Source: Spirochaetia bacterium
Lineage (GTDB): Bacteria; Spirochaetota; Spirochaetia; CAKZLE01
Length of the DNA stretch: 64,000 nucleotides
Assembly: GCA_963677595.1 (NCBI GenBank)
Contig: OY782041.1
Coordinates: 3,808,001 to 3,872,000, forward strand
Direction of reading: 5' to 3'
Positions 27,530-38,087 of the stretch are shown here, one piece after another; position 1 is the stretch's first letter; each line of letters begins with the position of its first letter. The position numbers were made by a program, and so were the translations under genes. The notes beneath the pieces are model-generated. The model saw nothing but the letters and a program-made list of their open reading frames with translations, had not been told where the DNA came from and ran no database searches.

Positions 27530-29409
27530 TGTCAGAATTATCACAAGATCCTTTGATTAAGAAACTCATCGAATACGCAAAGAAGAAGAAGCAGATAACC
27601 TATGCAGAGATGCATGAGTTCCTGCCTGATTCCATTGCTGATTCAGACCGCATCGAGGAAGTCGTCGATATCCTCGAGAGTCATGATATCAAGGTCCTGG
27701 AAGATAAGCATGGTTCATCACATGAGCAGGAAGAGGGTGAACCAGAGGATGATTTCGAGGTCGATGACGATGATATCGATTTCGACGAAGACGAAGAGGA
27801 TATGGACCTCATGTCCGATGATTCTGACGATGACGACGATGATATCGATGACGATGAGGGCGATGATGACGACGGGGAGGGTGCACCCCCCGCGAAGAAA
27901 TCATCACGGTCCAAGAAGCTCCTCTATAACGACAGCGATGCCGCGATCGATGACCCCATCAGGCTCTACCTGCGTGAGATCGGGAAGGAGAGCCTGCTCA
28001 CCGCCGAACAGGAAGTAGAACTCTCCAAGAAGATGGAAGAGGGTGAGAACATCATCCGCGGCGTCATCCTTCGCTCGGGGATCATGATCACCGGCATGTA
28101 TGAGATCCAGACGAAACTCTCCCAGAAGATCGACGAGAGTGAACTCGAGCTCTCCAAGAAGGAGCTCGCAGACTTCTTCTCCGAGCAGAAACGTCTCAAC
28201 CAGGCCTATAAAGACCAGATCAAGGAAGTGAACGCACCGCTCAAGAACTATGTGGAACAGAAGAAGAAGATCCTCAGCGAGGGCGGCAACTTCATAACCG
28301 ATGAGGACCTCAGCAAGAAGCGTGAGAAACTCATGAAGAAGCTCTCCGCCTTCATCCTCCAGCAGGATGAGATCATCGACTTCACCGATAAGTTCATACA
28401 GACCGAGAAGGCGATCTACGAGCTCCAGAACACCCGGGACCAGCTCGAGGCACGACTCGGCGTGAGCTCGGTACGTGAGCTCAGGCAGATGGGCCGGTCT
28501 TTGGCTGTGCCGAGCAAGCGGGAGGCGCTTGAAGAGGCCCTGCAGATGACGACCGATGTCATCAAGGAGCAGATCAGGCAGATCCAGCTGACAGAGAAGA
28601 ACCTCAAGAACATCGAGTTCGAGTTCGAGAGCGATATCAGCGACATCATCGTCGACGCCAAGGAGATCGAGCGCGGGCGCAATATGATGAAGAGCGCGAA
28701 GGACCGCCTCATCCAGGCGAACCTCCGTCTCGTCGTCTCCATCGCGAAGAAGTACACCAACAGGGGACTTCACTTCTTCGACCTCGTCCAGGAAGGGAAC
28801 ATCGGCCTGATCAAGGCTGTTGAGAAGTTCGAGTACCGCAAGGGATACAAGTTCTCCACCTATGCTACCTGGTGGATCAGGCAGGCGATCACCCGGTCGA
28901 TCTCCGACCAGGCAAGGACGATCAGGGTCCCTGTCCACATGATCGAGCAGATCAACAAGGTCGTCAGGGAATCACGGCAGCTCATGCAGGTCTTCGGCAG
29001 GGAACCGACCGACGAGGAGATCGCTGAGCGTCTCGGCTGGACCCCCCAGCGGGTCAAGACGGTGAAGAACGTCGCACGGGAGCCGATTTCACTCGAGACA
29101 CCGATCGGGGAAGAGGAGGATTCTCTCCTCGGAGACTTCATCGAGGACAAGGAGGTCGAGAACCCCGCGACCCAGACAGCCTTCAAACTCCTGCAGGAAC
29201 AGCTTCAGGATGTCCTGAAGACGCTGCCTCCGCGAGAACAGGAAGTTCTCAAGATGAGATTCGGCCTTGAAGATGGTTATTCATTGACACTCGAGGAGGT
29301 TGGGTTGTATTTTGAGGTTACGCGTGAACGTATCCGGCAGATCGAGGCGAAAGCCCTCAGGAGACTGCGCCACCCGAAACGAAGCAGGCGTTTGAAAGAT
29401 TATGTATAA
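27529..29409 (+). CDS. rpoD: RNA polymerase primary sigma factor
   Basis: Region 1.1, acidic linker, [58 protein letters not shown]. Confidence 0.99.
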   Translation: MSELSQDPLIKKLIEYAKKKKQITYAEMHEFLPDSIADSDRIEEVVDILESHDIKVLEDKHGSSHEQEEGEPEDDFEVDDDDIDFDEDEEDMDLMSDDSDDDDDDIDDDEGDDDDGEGAPPAKKSSRSKKLLYNDSDAAIDDPIRLYLREIGKESLLTAEQEVELSKKMEEGENIIRGVILRSGIMITGMYEIQTKLSQKIDESELELSKKELADFFSEQKRLNQAYKDQIKEVNAPLKNYVEQKKKILSEGGNFITDEDLSKKREKLMKKLSAFILQQDEIIDFTDKFIQTEKAIYELQNTRDQLEARLGVSSVRELRQMGRSLAVPSKREALEEALQMTTDVIKEQIRQIQLTEKNLKNIEFEFESDISDIIVDAKEIERGRNMMKSAKDRLIQANLRLVVSIAKKYTNRGLHFFDLVQEGNIGLIKAVEKFEYRKGYKFSTYATWWIRQAITRSISDQARTIRVPVHMIEQINKVVRESRQLMQVFGREPTDEEIAERLGWTPQRVKTVKNVAREPISLETPIGEEEDSLLGDFIEDKEVENPATQTAFKLLQEQLQDVLKTLPPREQEVLKMRFGLEDGYSLTLEEVGLYFEVTRERIRQIEAKALRRLRHPKRSRRLKDYV

Positions 29410-29437
29410 TTTCACTAGATGTGTTAGGAGTAGATAG

Positions 29438-30235
29438 ATGCAGGAGATTTTTTCCAAATTACAGGCATTGCAGACGATTTTATCAAAGAAATATGACGTC
29501 CAGGATGAGGTCAAGGAGATCCCGAAGACCCTGAGCACCAAGATCGAGCTGCTCAACCGGGGTAAGAAGAACTATCTCGAGAAGAACGAGAAGCTCGAAC
29601 TCATCAAGACCGATATCAAGAGTATCAGGATCCGTCTCGATGATGCAGAACGGGAACGTGAGAACTATGAGAAACAGATGGACCTCATCACTACCCAGCG
29701 TGAATATGAAGCCCTTGACAAAGAGATCAAGGATGCGACCGAGAAGGAACAGCAGCTGAGGAAGTCCATCCTCCATAAAGAGAACATCATGGAGGAGCTC
29801 GTCACCCAGATCGAGGAGCAGGAAGACCTGATGAAGCTCCAGGAAGACGAGGTCAAGGTCGAGCAGGAGAAGATGGAATCCATCCTCTCCGAGAAGAACG
29901 CAGAACTCGCGGTACTCAAGGAGCAGGAGGACGAGATCGTCCCCGACATCGACGAGGATGTCCTCTTCAAGTTCGAGAGGATCATCAAGAACAAGTCCGG
30001 TGTCGGTATTGTCCCGGTCCATGACACGGTCTGTACCGGCTGCCATATGACGCTGCCCGCACAGTTCGTGAATGATGTGCGTAAGGGCAAGGACTTCAAG
30101 TTCTGTCCCTATTGCAGCCGAATCCTCTACTTCGAGGAGATCGATGAGGATCTCATCGGCGCAGCGGTCGGAGCTGACGATATCGAAGAGGGTGCACTTG
30201 CTGACCTCGTCGATCTTGATGACTTCGATCTCTAA
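29438..30235 (+). CDS. coiled-coil protein with C4 zinc ribbon (CT398/HP0958-like)
   Basis: Long coiled coil with REYEALDKEI; CTGCHM...FCPYCSRILY. Confidence 0.9.
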   Translation: MQEIFSKLQALQTILSKKYDVQDEVKEIPKTLSTKIELLNRGKKNYLEKNEKLELIKTDIKSIRIRLDDAERERENYEKQMDLITTQREYEALDKEIKDATEKEQQLRKSILHKENIMEELVTQIEEQEDLMKLQEDEVKVEQEKMESILSEKNAELAVLKEQEDEIVPDIDEDVLFKFERIIKNKSGVGIVPVHDTVCTGCHMTLPAQFVNDVRKGKDFKFCPYCSRILYFEEIDEDLIGAAVGADDIEEGALADLVDLDDFDL

Positions 30236-30249
30236 CAATGTGTGAGTTG

Positions 30250-30586
30250 TCCAGGTCAGATGATCGCTTTATACTTCATGTATAAAGAGGAAAGTCCGGG
30301 CTCCATAGAACATGAAGCCGGGTAACCCCCGGGGGCTCCCGCAAGGGAGCTACAGAAAGTGCCGCAGAAAATATACCGCCTGCTTTGCAGGTAAGGGTGA
30401 AATGGTGGGGTAAGAGCCCACCGCCTGTCTGGCAACAGGCAGGGCAGGGTAAACCTCTTCAGGAGCAAGACCAAACAGCAGTTCGGTTGTTCGCCTTAAG
30501 GCTGCGGGTAGGTCGCTGGAGCACCATGGCGACATGGTGCGTAGATAGATGATCATCGATCACAGAACCCGGCTTATCGGCCTGGA
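30250..30586 (+). ncRNA. rnpB: RNase P RNA (type A)
   Basis: GAGGAAAGTCCGGGCTCC, AGGGTGAAATGGTGGGGTAAGAGCCCACC, GAGCAAGACCAAA, AGATAGATGAT, ACAGAACCCGGCTTA; P1 closed by TCCAGGTC/GGCCTGGA. Confidence 0.97.
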
Positions 30587-30596
30587 TTTTTTTCAT

Positions 30597-31427
30597 ATGA
30601 AGCGAGTAGAGCGTAGAGATCGAAAGAGCAGTATCGTACCCCTTCTCCTGCTGGCAGCCTGCCTGGCTGTCCTGCTTGCCGTATTCCTGACTGCCCTGCA
30701 AGACCACCGCAGGGAACGCGAGGAGGCTGCGTTCCTCGAGCTCTTCTATGACGGTGACTACCAGGGATTCATCACTGAATACCAACAGCTCGACGAAGTG
30801 AGGCGGGTTACTGAGACCTATCTCTACCTTTACGGCATCAGCTGCTACTCACTCGGTGACTATGACGCAGTGATTGACAGCCTGACCCTCTTCAACATGC
30901 TCTATCCGGTAACCAGTGAGAACCTGCCGCTCTTGAAGTACCTGCTCGGTGCATCATTCTTCTTCAACGCTACCTACGACGAAGCACTGGAGTACCTGCA
31001 GTCTGCAGCAGCCGCTGGCTATGATTCTGTGAAGCTGCAGCTGCTTATCGGACTGGCAGCTGGCTTTGAAGGAGCATATGGCGAAGCGAAACAGCATCTG
31101 CTTGCTTCCGGGCTTAGTGAGCGGCAGGCGGGGTATTTCCTCCTGGACAGATACGTCGAGCATGGGGAGACCGAGACTGCAGTCAGGCAGGTCGATTCAC
31201 TCCTGCGTGTTGCAGCTGATGAGCAGGAGGTCATCGACCTCTATCGCAGGAAAGCCGGCCTGGAATCCTGGGATGATGTGACACTCTATTTGCTGCTGGC
31301 AGAGACGGTCACTGACTCCGTCCTGCTCCACGACATATATCTTGAACTTGCTGATGCCTATGAAGGTATCGGCAACCTGATAGAGGCACGCAGCCTTCGG
31401 GTACGGGCCGCTGATCTTGTACGATAA
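30597..31427 (+). CDS. membrane-anchored tetratricopeptide repeat protein
   Basis: N-terminal TM, TPR-like helices (YLYGISCYSLGDYDAVI, YLLGASFFFNATYDEALEYL); start moved to ATG 30597, outside rnpB. Confidence 0.75.
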   Translation: MKRVERRDRKSSIVPLLLLAACLAVLLAVFLTALQDHRREREEAAFLELFYDGDYQGFITEYQQLDEVRRVTETYLYLYGISCYSLGDYDAVIDSLTLFNMLYPVTSENLPLLKYLLGASFFFNATYDEALEYLQSAAAAGYDSVKLQLLIGLAAGFEGAYGEAKQHLLASGLSERQAGYFLLDRYVEHGETETAVRQVDSLLRVAADEQEVIDLYRRKAGLESWDDVTLYLLLAETVTDSVLLHDIYLELADAYEGIGNLIEARSLRVRAADLVR

Positions 31428-31437
31428 TGAGGTGATT

Positions 31438-33921
31438 ATGACCATACGACCAGAACTTGAATTCAGCAAGGAGCTGCTCCATATCGAGAAACCCGGAAGG
31501 TATACAGGGGGCGAGTTCGGTAACCTGAAGCCCTATGATGATGATATAACCATCACGGTCGCCCTCTGTTTCCCTGACCTGTACGAGATCGGCATGTCGA
31601 ACAATGCCATACGCATCCTCTATGACCTATGCAACAACGTACCCCACGTGCTCTGTGACCTGGTCTTCTGTCCTGCCCCCGATTTCGAGAAGCTGCTCAA
31701 GGATCGCGATGTACCGCTATACACGCTAGGCTACGGCATCCCGCTTCATGAGTGTGACATAGTGGGGTTCTCGGTAGGCTATGAACTCGCCGCCACGAAC
31801 ATGCTCACCGTCCTCGAGACCGCGAAGATCCCGATCCATGCCGCAGACCGGAAGGATTCTGATCCACTCATCATTGCCGGAGGACCCGCGATCACAAATC
31901 CCGTACCCTTCGAAGCCTGGCTCGACGGTGTCTACATCGGGGATGCTGAATCAGTCACCGGGCTGCCTGCGATCCTGAACTCCTTCGTCGCACTCAAGGC
32001 AGATGGACTTGGCAGGGGTGAGATGCTTACCTCCCTCGTCAGCCATCCCGCCGTATGGAGTAGGGATACACAGTCGGTCATGAGCCATATCGACCCGAGA
32101 TTCGGGGATGCTGCTGAGTTCACGGAACCCACCTATTATATTGCACCGAACATCACGGTCGTGCAGGAGCACGGAGTCGTGGAGATCATGCGGGGCTGTC
32201 CCAACGGCTGCCGGTTCTGCCATGCCGGTGAGTACTATCGGCCGTATCGCCAGAAGGATATACCGACGATCATTCGTGAGGTCGAGGGGAATATACATAA
32301 ATACGGGTACCGGGAGATCACGCTCTCCTCGCTCTCTACCGGTGATTATCCCCACCTGGACAAACTCATCGAGTCGCTCAACCGTCGCCACCTGAAGAAC
32401 CATGTCTCGTTCTCACTGCCTTCGCTCAAAGTGAACACCTTCACGCTCCCCGTCCTCAAGGCAGTCTCCACGGTACGGAAGAGCGGTCTTACTTTTGCCA
32501 TAGAGACACCGGAACAGGCCTGGCAGTTCTCCCTGAACAAGGAGGTCCTCTGCGAGGACATCATCACGATCACCCAGAAAGCCAAGGCTCTTGGCTGGAA
32601 CCTGGCCAAGTTCTACTTCATGACCGGCCTCCCGTTCACCGACCGGGAAGCTGAACCTGAAGCCATCGCCGGGTTCCTCTCCAGGATCTATCAGGCGACC
32701 AGGATCAAGATGAACATCAACATCGGGACCTTCGTCCCGAAACCCCATACACCCTTCCAATGGGTGGAGCAGTTCGACCCCATGGAAGCCCATGAACATC
32801 TGAAACGCATCAAGGCACTCCTCATCAAGGAGATCCCCCATGTGAAGGTGAGCTTCCACGAATCTTTCACCTCCTTCATCGAGGGCATGATCTGCCGCGG
32901 TGATGAACGGGTAGGGGATATCGTCGAACGAGCCTACCGTGATGGAGCCCGCCTGGATGCCTGGGAAGAGCATTTCGACAGGAACATCTGGAAGGAAGCT
33001 ATCGCTAGTGCCGACTGGGATGTCTACGGTGAGTCCTGCAGGGCGAGGGCCCTCGATGAGCGTCTTCCCTGGGAGAAGGTCTGCGTCGGCGGCGGTTCCG
33101 GTTTCCTGAAGAAGGAGTTCAAGCTAGCCGAGTCCCAGATGGTTTCAGAGATCTGTGAGTCCGACTGCACCCATCTCTGCGGTATCTGTAATCCCAAACA
33201 GGAGATAGCCGTACGTGATGCGAAGAGCGTGAATGACCTCTTCCTCGATGACTATGTACCTGAACCGGTTCGTGACGAGAGGTATGTCCATATCATCGCG
33301 ACCTATGCCAAAACCGGCAAGTCGACCTATTACTCCCATATAAACATGATGAAGATCTTTGAGCGCATGTTCCTGCGTCTCTCCATACCGATCGAGTTCA
33401 CCCACGGCTTCAACCCGAAACCACGGCTCGAGTTCGCTTCCCCGCTCCCCATGGGTATCACCGGGGAGGAGGAGATCATGTTCTTCAGGGTCCCGGAATC
33501 CTTTGAGGAGCAGCTGTTCTCAGAGGAATTCATCCCCGAATGCAGCAGATCGCTGCCTGAAGGTATCACGGTCAACTCAGTATTCTGGAAGGGGGATGGC
33601 CACAAATCGATCTCTGCAGCCTACAGCGGTTCCCAATACCGGTTCACCGCAGAGAACGAAGAAGACCTATCGAAGCTGCATGCGTTGTTTGCCCGTGTCA
33701 TCGAGGAACATCCGAATGTATCGTTGGATTCCCAGGAAGGCTACTCTGTCACGGTGACGATCCATGAAGGGAAGGGGCTTACCGGGAACATCCTCAAGGC
33801 TATTGACCCCATCATGGCGAAATATGATTTCCTGAGCACCTACAACGCAGAACGACTGCACCTGCTCGCCAAGGGAGAAGGGGTCCTCCTGACAGAGTTC
33901 CTCTCAAAACCTGCACACTAA
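31438..33921 (+). CDS. TIGR03960-type B12-binding radical SAM protein fused to a TIGR03936/DUF2344 domain
   Basis: KPGRYTGGE, FPDLYEIGMSN, RGCPNGCRFC (CxxxCxxC), FVPKPHTPFQW, CTHLCGIC, then YYSHINM..FTHGFNPKPRLEFASPLPMG. Confidence 0.92.
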   Translation: MTIRPELEFSKELLHIEKPGRYTGGEFGNLKPYDDDITITVALCFPDLYEIGMSNNAIRILYDLCNNVPHVLCDLVFCPAPDFEKLLKDRDVPLYTLGYGIPLHECDIVGFSVGYELAATNMLTVLETAKIPIHAADRKDSDPLIIAGGPAITNPVPFEAWLDGVYIGDAESVTGLPAILNSFVALKADGLGRGEMLTSLVSHPAVWSRDTQSVMSHIDPRFGDAAEFTEPTYYIAPNITVVQEHGVVEIMRGCPNGCRFCHAGEYYRPYRQKDIPTIIREVEGNIHKYGYREITLSSLSTGDYPHLDKLIESLNRRHLKNHVSFSLPSLKVNTFTLPVLKAVSTVRKSGLTFAIETPEQAWQFSLNKEVLCEDIITITQKAKALGWNLAKFYFMTGLPFTDREAEPEAIAGFLSRIYQATRIKMNINIGTFVPKPHTPFQWVEQFDPMEAHEHLKRIKALLIKEIPHVKVSFHESFTSFIEGMICRGDERVGDIVERAYRDGARLDAWEEHFDRNIWKEAIASADWDVYGESCRARALDERLPWEKVCVGGGSGFLKKEFKLAESQMVSEICESDCTHLCGICNPKQEIAVRDAKSVNDLFLDDYVPEPVRDERYVHIIATYAKTGKSTYYSHINMMKIFERMFLRLSIPIEFTHGFNPKPRLEFASPLPMGITGEEEIMFFRVPESFEEQLFSEEFIPECSRSLPEGITVNSVFWKGDGHKSISAAYSGSQYRFTAENEEDLSKLHALFARVIEEHPNVSLDSQEGYSVTVTIHEGKGLTGNILKAIDPIMAKYDFLSTYNAERLHLLAKGEGVLLTEFLSKPAH

Positions 33922-33939
33922 CTGAACCATCGAACAGGA

Positions 33940-33977
33940 TGCCAATCGATCATGCCTTATCGTATGACCGATTGGCA
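33940..33977. terminator. long inverted repeat between convergent genes
   Basis: TGCCAATCGATCATGC-CTTATC-GTATGACCGATTGGCA. Confidence 0.6.
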
Positions 33978-34022
33978 ACTTGCTGGCTATACCACAGGTG
34001 TAAGATCGAGCAGGTCCAGTGA

Positions 34023-34844
34023 TCACAGCTTCTTGGCTTTCTCCCAGTATTCATCCATCTGCTCGAACGAGGCTTCGGTGAATTCCTGGCCGGTCTCCTC
34101 AGAGTAGAGCACGACCATGTCATTGTAGCGTTTGATGAATTTCTCGTTCGTCTTATGGAGGGCTATGTGGGGACTCTTCTTCAGCAGCCTGGAGATGTTC
34201 ACCACAGAGAAGAGCAGGTCACCGATCTCTTCCTCTATATTCACATGGTCATCCTGTCCGATCGCGGCTTTGAGTTCATGGAGTTCTTCATCGACCTTGT
34301 CGATCGCCCCTGTAGCGTCAGGCCAGTCGAATCCTTTCTTCCGTGCAATCTTCTGGATCTCCTCAGCACGTTCCAATGGCGGGTAGGATTTCGGGATCTT
34401 CTTATAAGGGTTCTCGTGGGAGGTCTTCTTTCCCTCGACATTCTCCTTGATCGCATCCCACAACTTGATGACCTCCTCAGGGTTCTCTGCGCTCTCATTG
34501 TCGAACACATGGGGATGACGCCGGATGAGTTTCTCGGTGGTATTGTCAAGGATCTCAGGAAGGTTGAAATGGTTATCTTCCTCATACATGATCGCGAGCA
34601 TCGTGATCACGAGGAACATATCGCCGATCTCTTCCTTGCAGTTCTCCAAATCATCGTTATGGACGGCATCGATGAACTCATAGGCTTCCTCGATGATGTT
34701 CTTATAGAACGACTTCGGTGTCTGCTTCTGATCCCATGGACATCCGCCCGGAGCCCGTAAGGTGCTCAGGACATCATAGAGACCGATGAACGACCGGCTG
34801 ATCTTTTCCTTGTGATTCTCATCAATGTTTGTTCTTGCTTCCAT
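34023..34844 (-). CDS. mazG: nucleoside triphosphate pyrophosphohydrolase MazG
   Basis: LRAPGGCPWDQKQT, EEAYE, EEIGD, KLIRRHPHVF, GFDW, EEIGDLLF. Confidence 0.96.
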   Translation of the reverse strand: MEARTNIDENHKEKISRSFIGLYDVLSTLRAPGGCPWDQKQTPKSFYKNIIEEAYEFIDAVHNDDLENCKEEIGDMFLVITMLAIMYEEDNHFNLPEILDNTTEKLIRRHPHVFDNESAENPEEVIKLWDAIKENVEGKKTSHENPYKKIPKSYPPLERAEEIQKIARKKGFDWPDATGAIDKVDEELHELKAAIGQDDHVNIEEEIGDLLFSVVNISRLLKKSPHIALHKTNEKFIKRYNDMVVLYSEETGQEFTEASFEQMDEYWEKAKKL

Positions 34845-34960
34845 GTCTCATCCTTTATGATCTAAATATTACAGAATATACATTATTTAAAGTAATTAAT
34901 ATATTGCTATAGATTTTCATTTTCTCTGATTTTCCAACATCGCAAATCCATCCACACGGT

Positions 34961-35648
34961 CTACAACTCGTTCGTGTCGAAATACCCGAGATGTGCAAGA
35001 TTGGAATAGTCGAAGTTCGGGCTGTAGTCCGGATTCCTCACGAAGTACTCGATATAGAGATGCAGGTACCTGCCGCCGCCGCTCGATGTTAGCAATGCAC
35101 CCTTGTTCTCATTATAGAGAATCTGTCCTGTTGTACTCCCGTTCACCCCAATAGCAGTTGTATTTGTCTCCTCGTACAATTCGAACAGAAAATACTTGTT
35201 ACTTCCATCGATGACATATGACAGATGGACGTTAACCTTCTGGTTCGGGTCATCGATCTCGAGTTTCGGGGTATTCTCACTCCAGGTGGAATCAAAGACA
35301 TTCTTGACCTCTGTCCTGAATCCGGACAGTCGTGTGAGGTCAGTGTTCTCATCACTGGTTTCAGTATACTCATAATAGATGTTGAAACCGAGATGAGTCT
35401 GTGAGAAATCGATGTCGGTACTATCGATCCCATCATCATAGGATAGGTCGCCTGTCATCGGCGGGAATCCCGTGGCGGAGAATTCATAATCTATGTCATT
35501 CATGGACCTGATGTCGACCGGTATCGGGTTCGGTATCCCGCAGGATGATAAAAAAAAGACAATAGCCAGTAAGACAGGGAGGATCAGGTTTCCTGACCTC
35601 CCTACTCTTCCGGTATTGTCTTTCTGAATACGATGTCTATTCATCATA
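34961..35648 (-). CDS. predicted lipoprotein, function unknown
   Basis: Basic N-terminus, hydrophobic h-region, lipobox LSSC-G; start approximate (MMNRHR). Confidence 0.7.
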
Positions 35649-35652
35649 GGGT

Positions 35653-36327
35653 TCAGTCTAAAGCAATCAACCGTACCTGTGCAAGTTTTGACCATTCAGA
35701 GGATGGATAATCGGTCAGCAGCTGTTCAAAAACAGCCACAGCAAGATCAGTGTCCCCATTCGTCTCGTAGATACGACCGATGCTGAACAGTGCGTGTGAT
35801 GCCTCGGCAGACGAGTCTGCAAAGGTATCGACGAGGGTCTGGTACCTGTCGAGTGCAGCTTCTGAATCGCCTGACATCTCTAACGATACCGCCTCATTCA
35901 TCAGTGCAGTCGAGGCAAGATAGCCCTCACTGTAGTCTGTACGCACGGTGTTAAAGTATTCAGCTGCCGCCGTATACTCTTCTTGCGCATAGCTGAGGAG
36001 ACCGAGCAGGTAGGAAGCCTTCATGTTCGGATAGCTGTTCTTCGTCCCCGAGACGATCGTCTCTAGTTCCGCAGCTACCTCATCAGCTTTCGTACCAAGT
36101 TCTGCATCATCATCAGCAAGTGCTGTCCATGCAGTGTAGTTCTCTTCAGCAGTCTCAACTGCTGCCATCCACTTCTTCTGTGAGCTCTTGCTCACTGCCG
36201 TGGTGATCCCGATGATCACCACAATTGCGAGTACCACTGCACAGACGATCAGGATGACTTTCCTGTTAGCCTGTATGAACCCGGACAGTTTCCTGTCTAA
36301 TGTCTTCTTCTCTTCAACCTTCGCCAT
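35653..36327 (-). CDS. membrane-anchored TPR protein (YfgM-like)
   Basis: FIQANRK followed by a TM, then three TPR units ending YPSSEWSKLA. Confidence 0.8.
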   Translation of the reverse strand: MAKVEEKKTLDRKLSGFIQANRKVILIVCAVVLAIVVIIGITTAVSKSSQKKWMAAVETAEENYTAWTALADDDAELGTKADEVAAELETIVSGTKNSYPNMKASYLLGLLSYAQEEYTAAAEYFNTVRTDYSEGYLASTALMNEAVSLEMSGDSEAALDRYQTLVDTFADSSAEASHALFSIGRIYETNGDTDLAVAVFEQLLTDYPSSEWSKLAQVRLIALD

Positions 36328-36354
36328 TATGCTACCCTACCCAAGTAAAATCGA

Positions 36355-38064
36355 TTAATTGTCGCCGTTGTAATCTTTCTCCTTGAGCAGATCAGCAAAC
36401 GTGAATGTATCGTCGTCATCATCATCGTGGATGTACTTGGACATCTCCTGTCTCTGGTTCTTACGTACCAGCTCCTTGATGGAGAGAGAGAGCTTCTGTG
36501 CATGGACGTTCACATCGGTGACCATTGCGGTTACTGCATCGCCTGCCTTGAATTTCTCAAGGACTGCATCAGTATACTCCTCTTCAGGCCCGATGAGGTT
36601 GTACTTCGAGATCAGCCCCTCGATATCGCCGATGACCCGTACGAATACGCCGAAATCGGTCACGCTGGTGACTTCACCATTGATGACGCTGCCCTTGGGG
36701 TATTCCTGTCGCAGTGTCTGCCAGGGGTTGCCCTCAAGCTGCTTGACGCCGAGCCTGATCCTGCGGTTCCTGGTCTCTACCCTGGTGACGACGACCTCGA
36801 TCACATCACCTTCCTGGCAGAAGGAACTCATGTTCTTCATCTTCTTGGTCCAGGAGATATCATCCATGTGGAGGAACCCGTCGATCCCCTCTTCGAGGTT
36901 GATGAATGCACCTGAATTGGTGACTTTCACGACCTTGCCGGAGAGCCGGTGTCCCATGGGATACCGTTCAGCGATCGAATCCCAGGGGTTCTCCTCGACC
37001 TGCTTGATCCCGAGTGAGATCTTCTTGTTGTCGAGGTCATACCCAAGGATCTTGGCTTGAACAGTATCGCCGATGCTCAGGATCTCCTTCGGATGTGATA
37101 TCCTGCGAACCCATGAGAGTTCTGATATATGTGCGAGCCCCTCGATCCCTTCTTCGAGTTCGATGAACACGCCGAAATCGGTCAGTTTCGTCACTTTCCC
37201 CTCGATCACGTCATCTACCTGGTACCTGAGGTCGAAACTCATCCACGGGTCCTCGGTGAAATGCTTCAGTGAGAGGTTGATCTTCTGTGATTCTGGGTCG
37301 ATGTTGATCAGCTTGAGGGAGATCTTCTGTCCCTTCTTCACGAAGTCCTTCGGTCGGGTCACATGGCCCCAGCTCATATCGTTGATATGGAGCAGGCCGT
37401 CGAAGCCGCCGAGGTCGATGAACGCGCCGAATGAGGTGAAGCTCTTCACTTCGCCTTCCACGACGTCGCCTACCTGTACGGTATTGAAGAACTCGGTCTT
37501 CCGTTCCTGGATAGCCTTCTCGAGGTAAGCTCTCCGGGAAAGGACTGATTTCAGCTTCTTCCCGGTATGAAGCTTGTCGATGATGAAGAAATCCTTGATC
37601 CCGATATAGGTCTCTGGATCCTCTACCCTGACGAGGTCAGCTTTTGAGAGCGGGCAGAATCCCCTGATATCATAGAGCAGGTCGATCTCGAAACCACCCT
37701 TGATGACCTTCGCGAAGGTCCCCTCTACCGGTTCACCGTTCTCTGCTGCTTCCTTGAGCTTGTCCGACCTGATCTTCCCATCTGCTTTCTTCTTGGAAAC
37801 GATAATCTGGCCGCCGCGCCCCTCTTTATTTACAATCACCACCTGGACAGTGTCACCTGTCTCGGGGGTATCTGTGAATTCATCTAATGGTATGCGTCCT
37901 TCAGACTTATAACCTACGTCCACGAATACGAACTCGTTATTCACCTGAACCACTTGACCGTCAACTAGCTGGCCATCTTCGATTCCATCAAGAGATTTGA
38001 GATATTCTTCCTGTAAAAGGTTCTGCATTTCGTTTGTCTTCTCGACATCTTGTTCGGTTGCCAC
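36355..38064 (-). CDS. rpsA: 30S ribosomal protein S1
   Basis: Six S1 repeats (FVDVGYKSEG, FGAFIDLGGFDGLLHINDMSW, GIEGLAHISELSW). Confidence 0.98.
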   Translation of the reverse strand: MATEQDVEKTNEMQNLLQEEYLKSLDGIEDGQLVDGQVVQVNNEFVFVDVGYKSEGRIPLDEFTDTPETGDTVQVVIVNKEGRGGQIIVSKKKADGKIRSDKLKEAAENGEPVEGTFAKVIKGGFEIDLLYDIRGFCPLSKADLVRVEDPETYIGIKDFFIIDKLHTGKKLKSVLSRRAYLEKAIQERKTEFFNTVQVGDVVEGEVKSFTSFGAFIDLGGFDGLLHINDMSWGHVTRPKDFVKKGQKISLKLINIDPESQKINLSLKHFTEDPWMSFDLRYQVDDVIEGKVTKLTDFGVFIELEEGIEGLAHISELSWVRRISHPKEILSIGDTVQAKILGYDLDNKKISLGIKQVEENPWDSIAERYPMGHRLSGKVVKVTNSGAFINLEEGIDGFLHMDDISWTKKMKNMSSFCQEGDVIEVVVTRVETRNRRIRLGVKQLEGNPWQTLRQEYPKGSVINGEVTSVTDFGVFVRVIGDIEGLISKYNLIGPEEEYTDAVLEKFKAGDAVTAMVTDVNVHAQKLSLSIKELVRKNQRQEMSKYIHDDDDDDTFTFADLLKEKDYNGDN

Positions 38065-38087
38065 GTGTACTTCTCCTGATCCTTAAT

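Noticed and set aside
27720-27880. GAT/GAC-rich low-complexity tract
   Set aside because: Ordinary acidic linker after sigma70 region 1.1
30256-30785. Small ORFs over 30256-30785 and the 30549 start
   Set aside because: They overlap RNase P RNA and are the well-known spurious rnpB translations
34023-34844. MazG as part of a toxin-antitoxin or anti-phage module
   Set aside because: Canonical tandem-domain housekeeping MazG with no mazEF or defence neighbours
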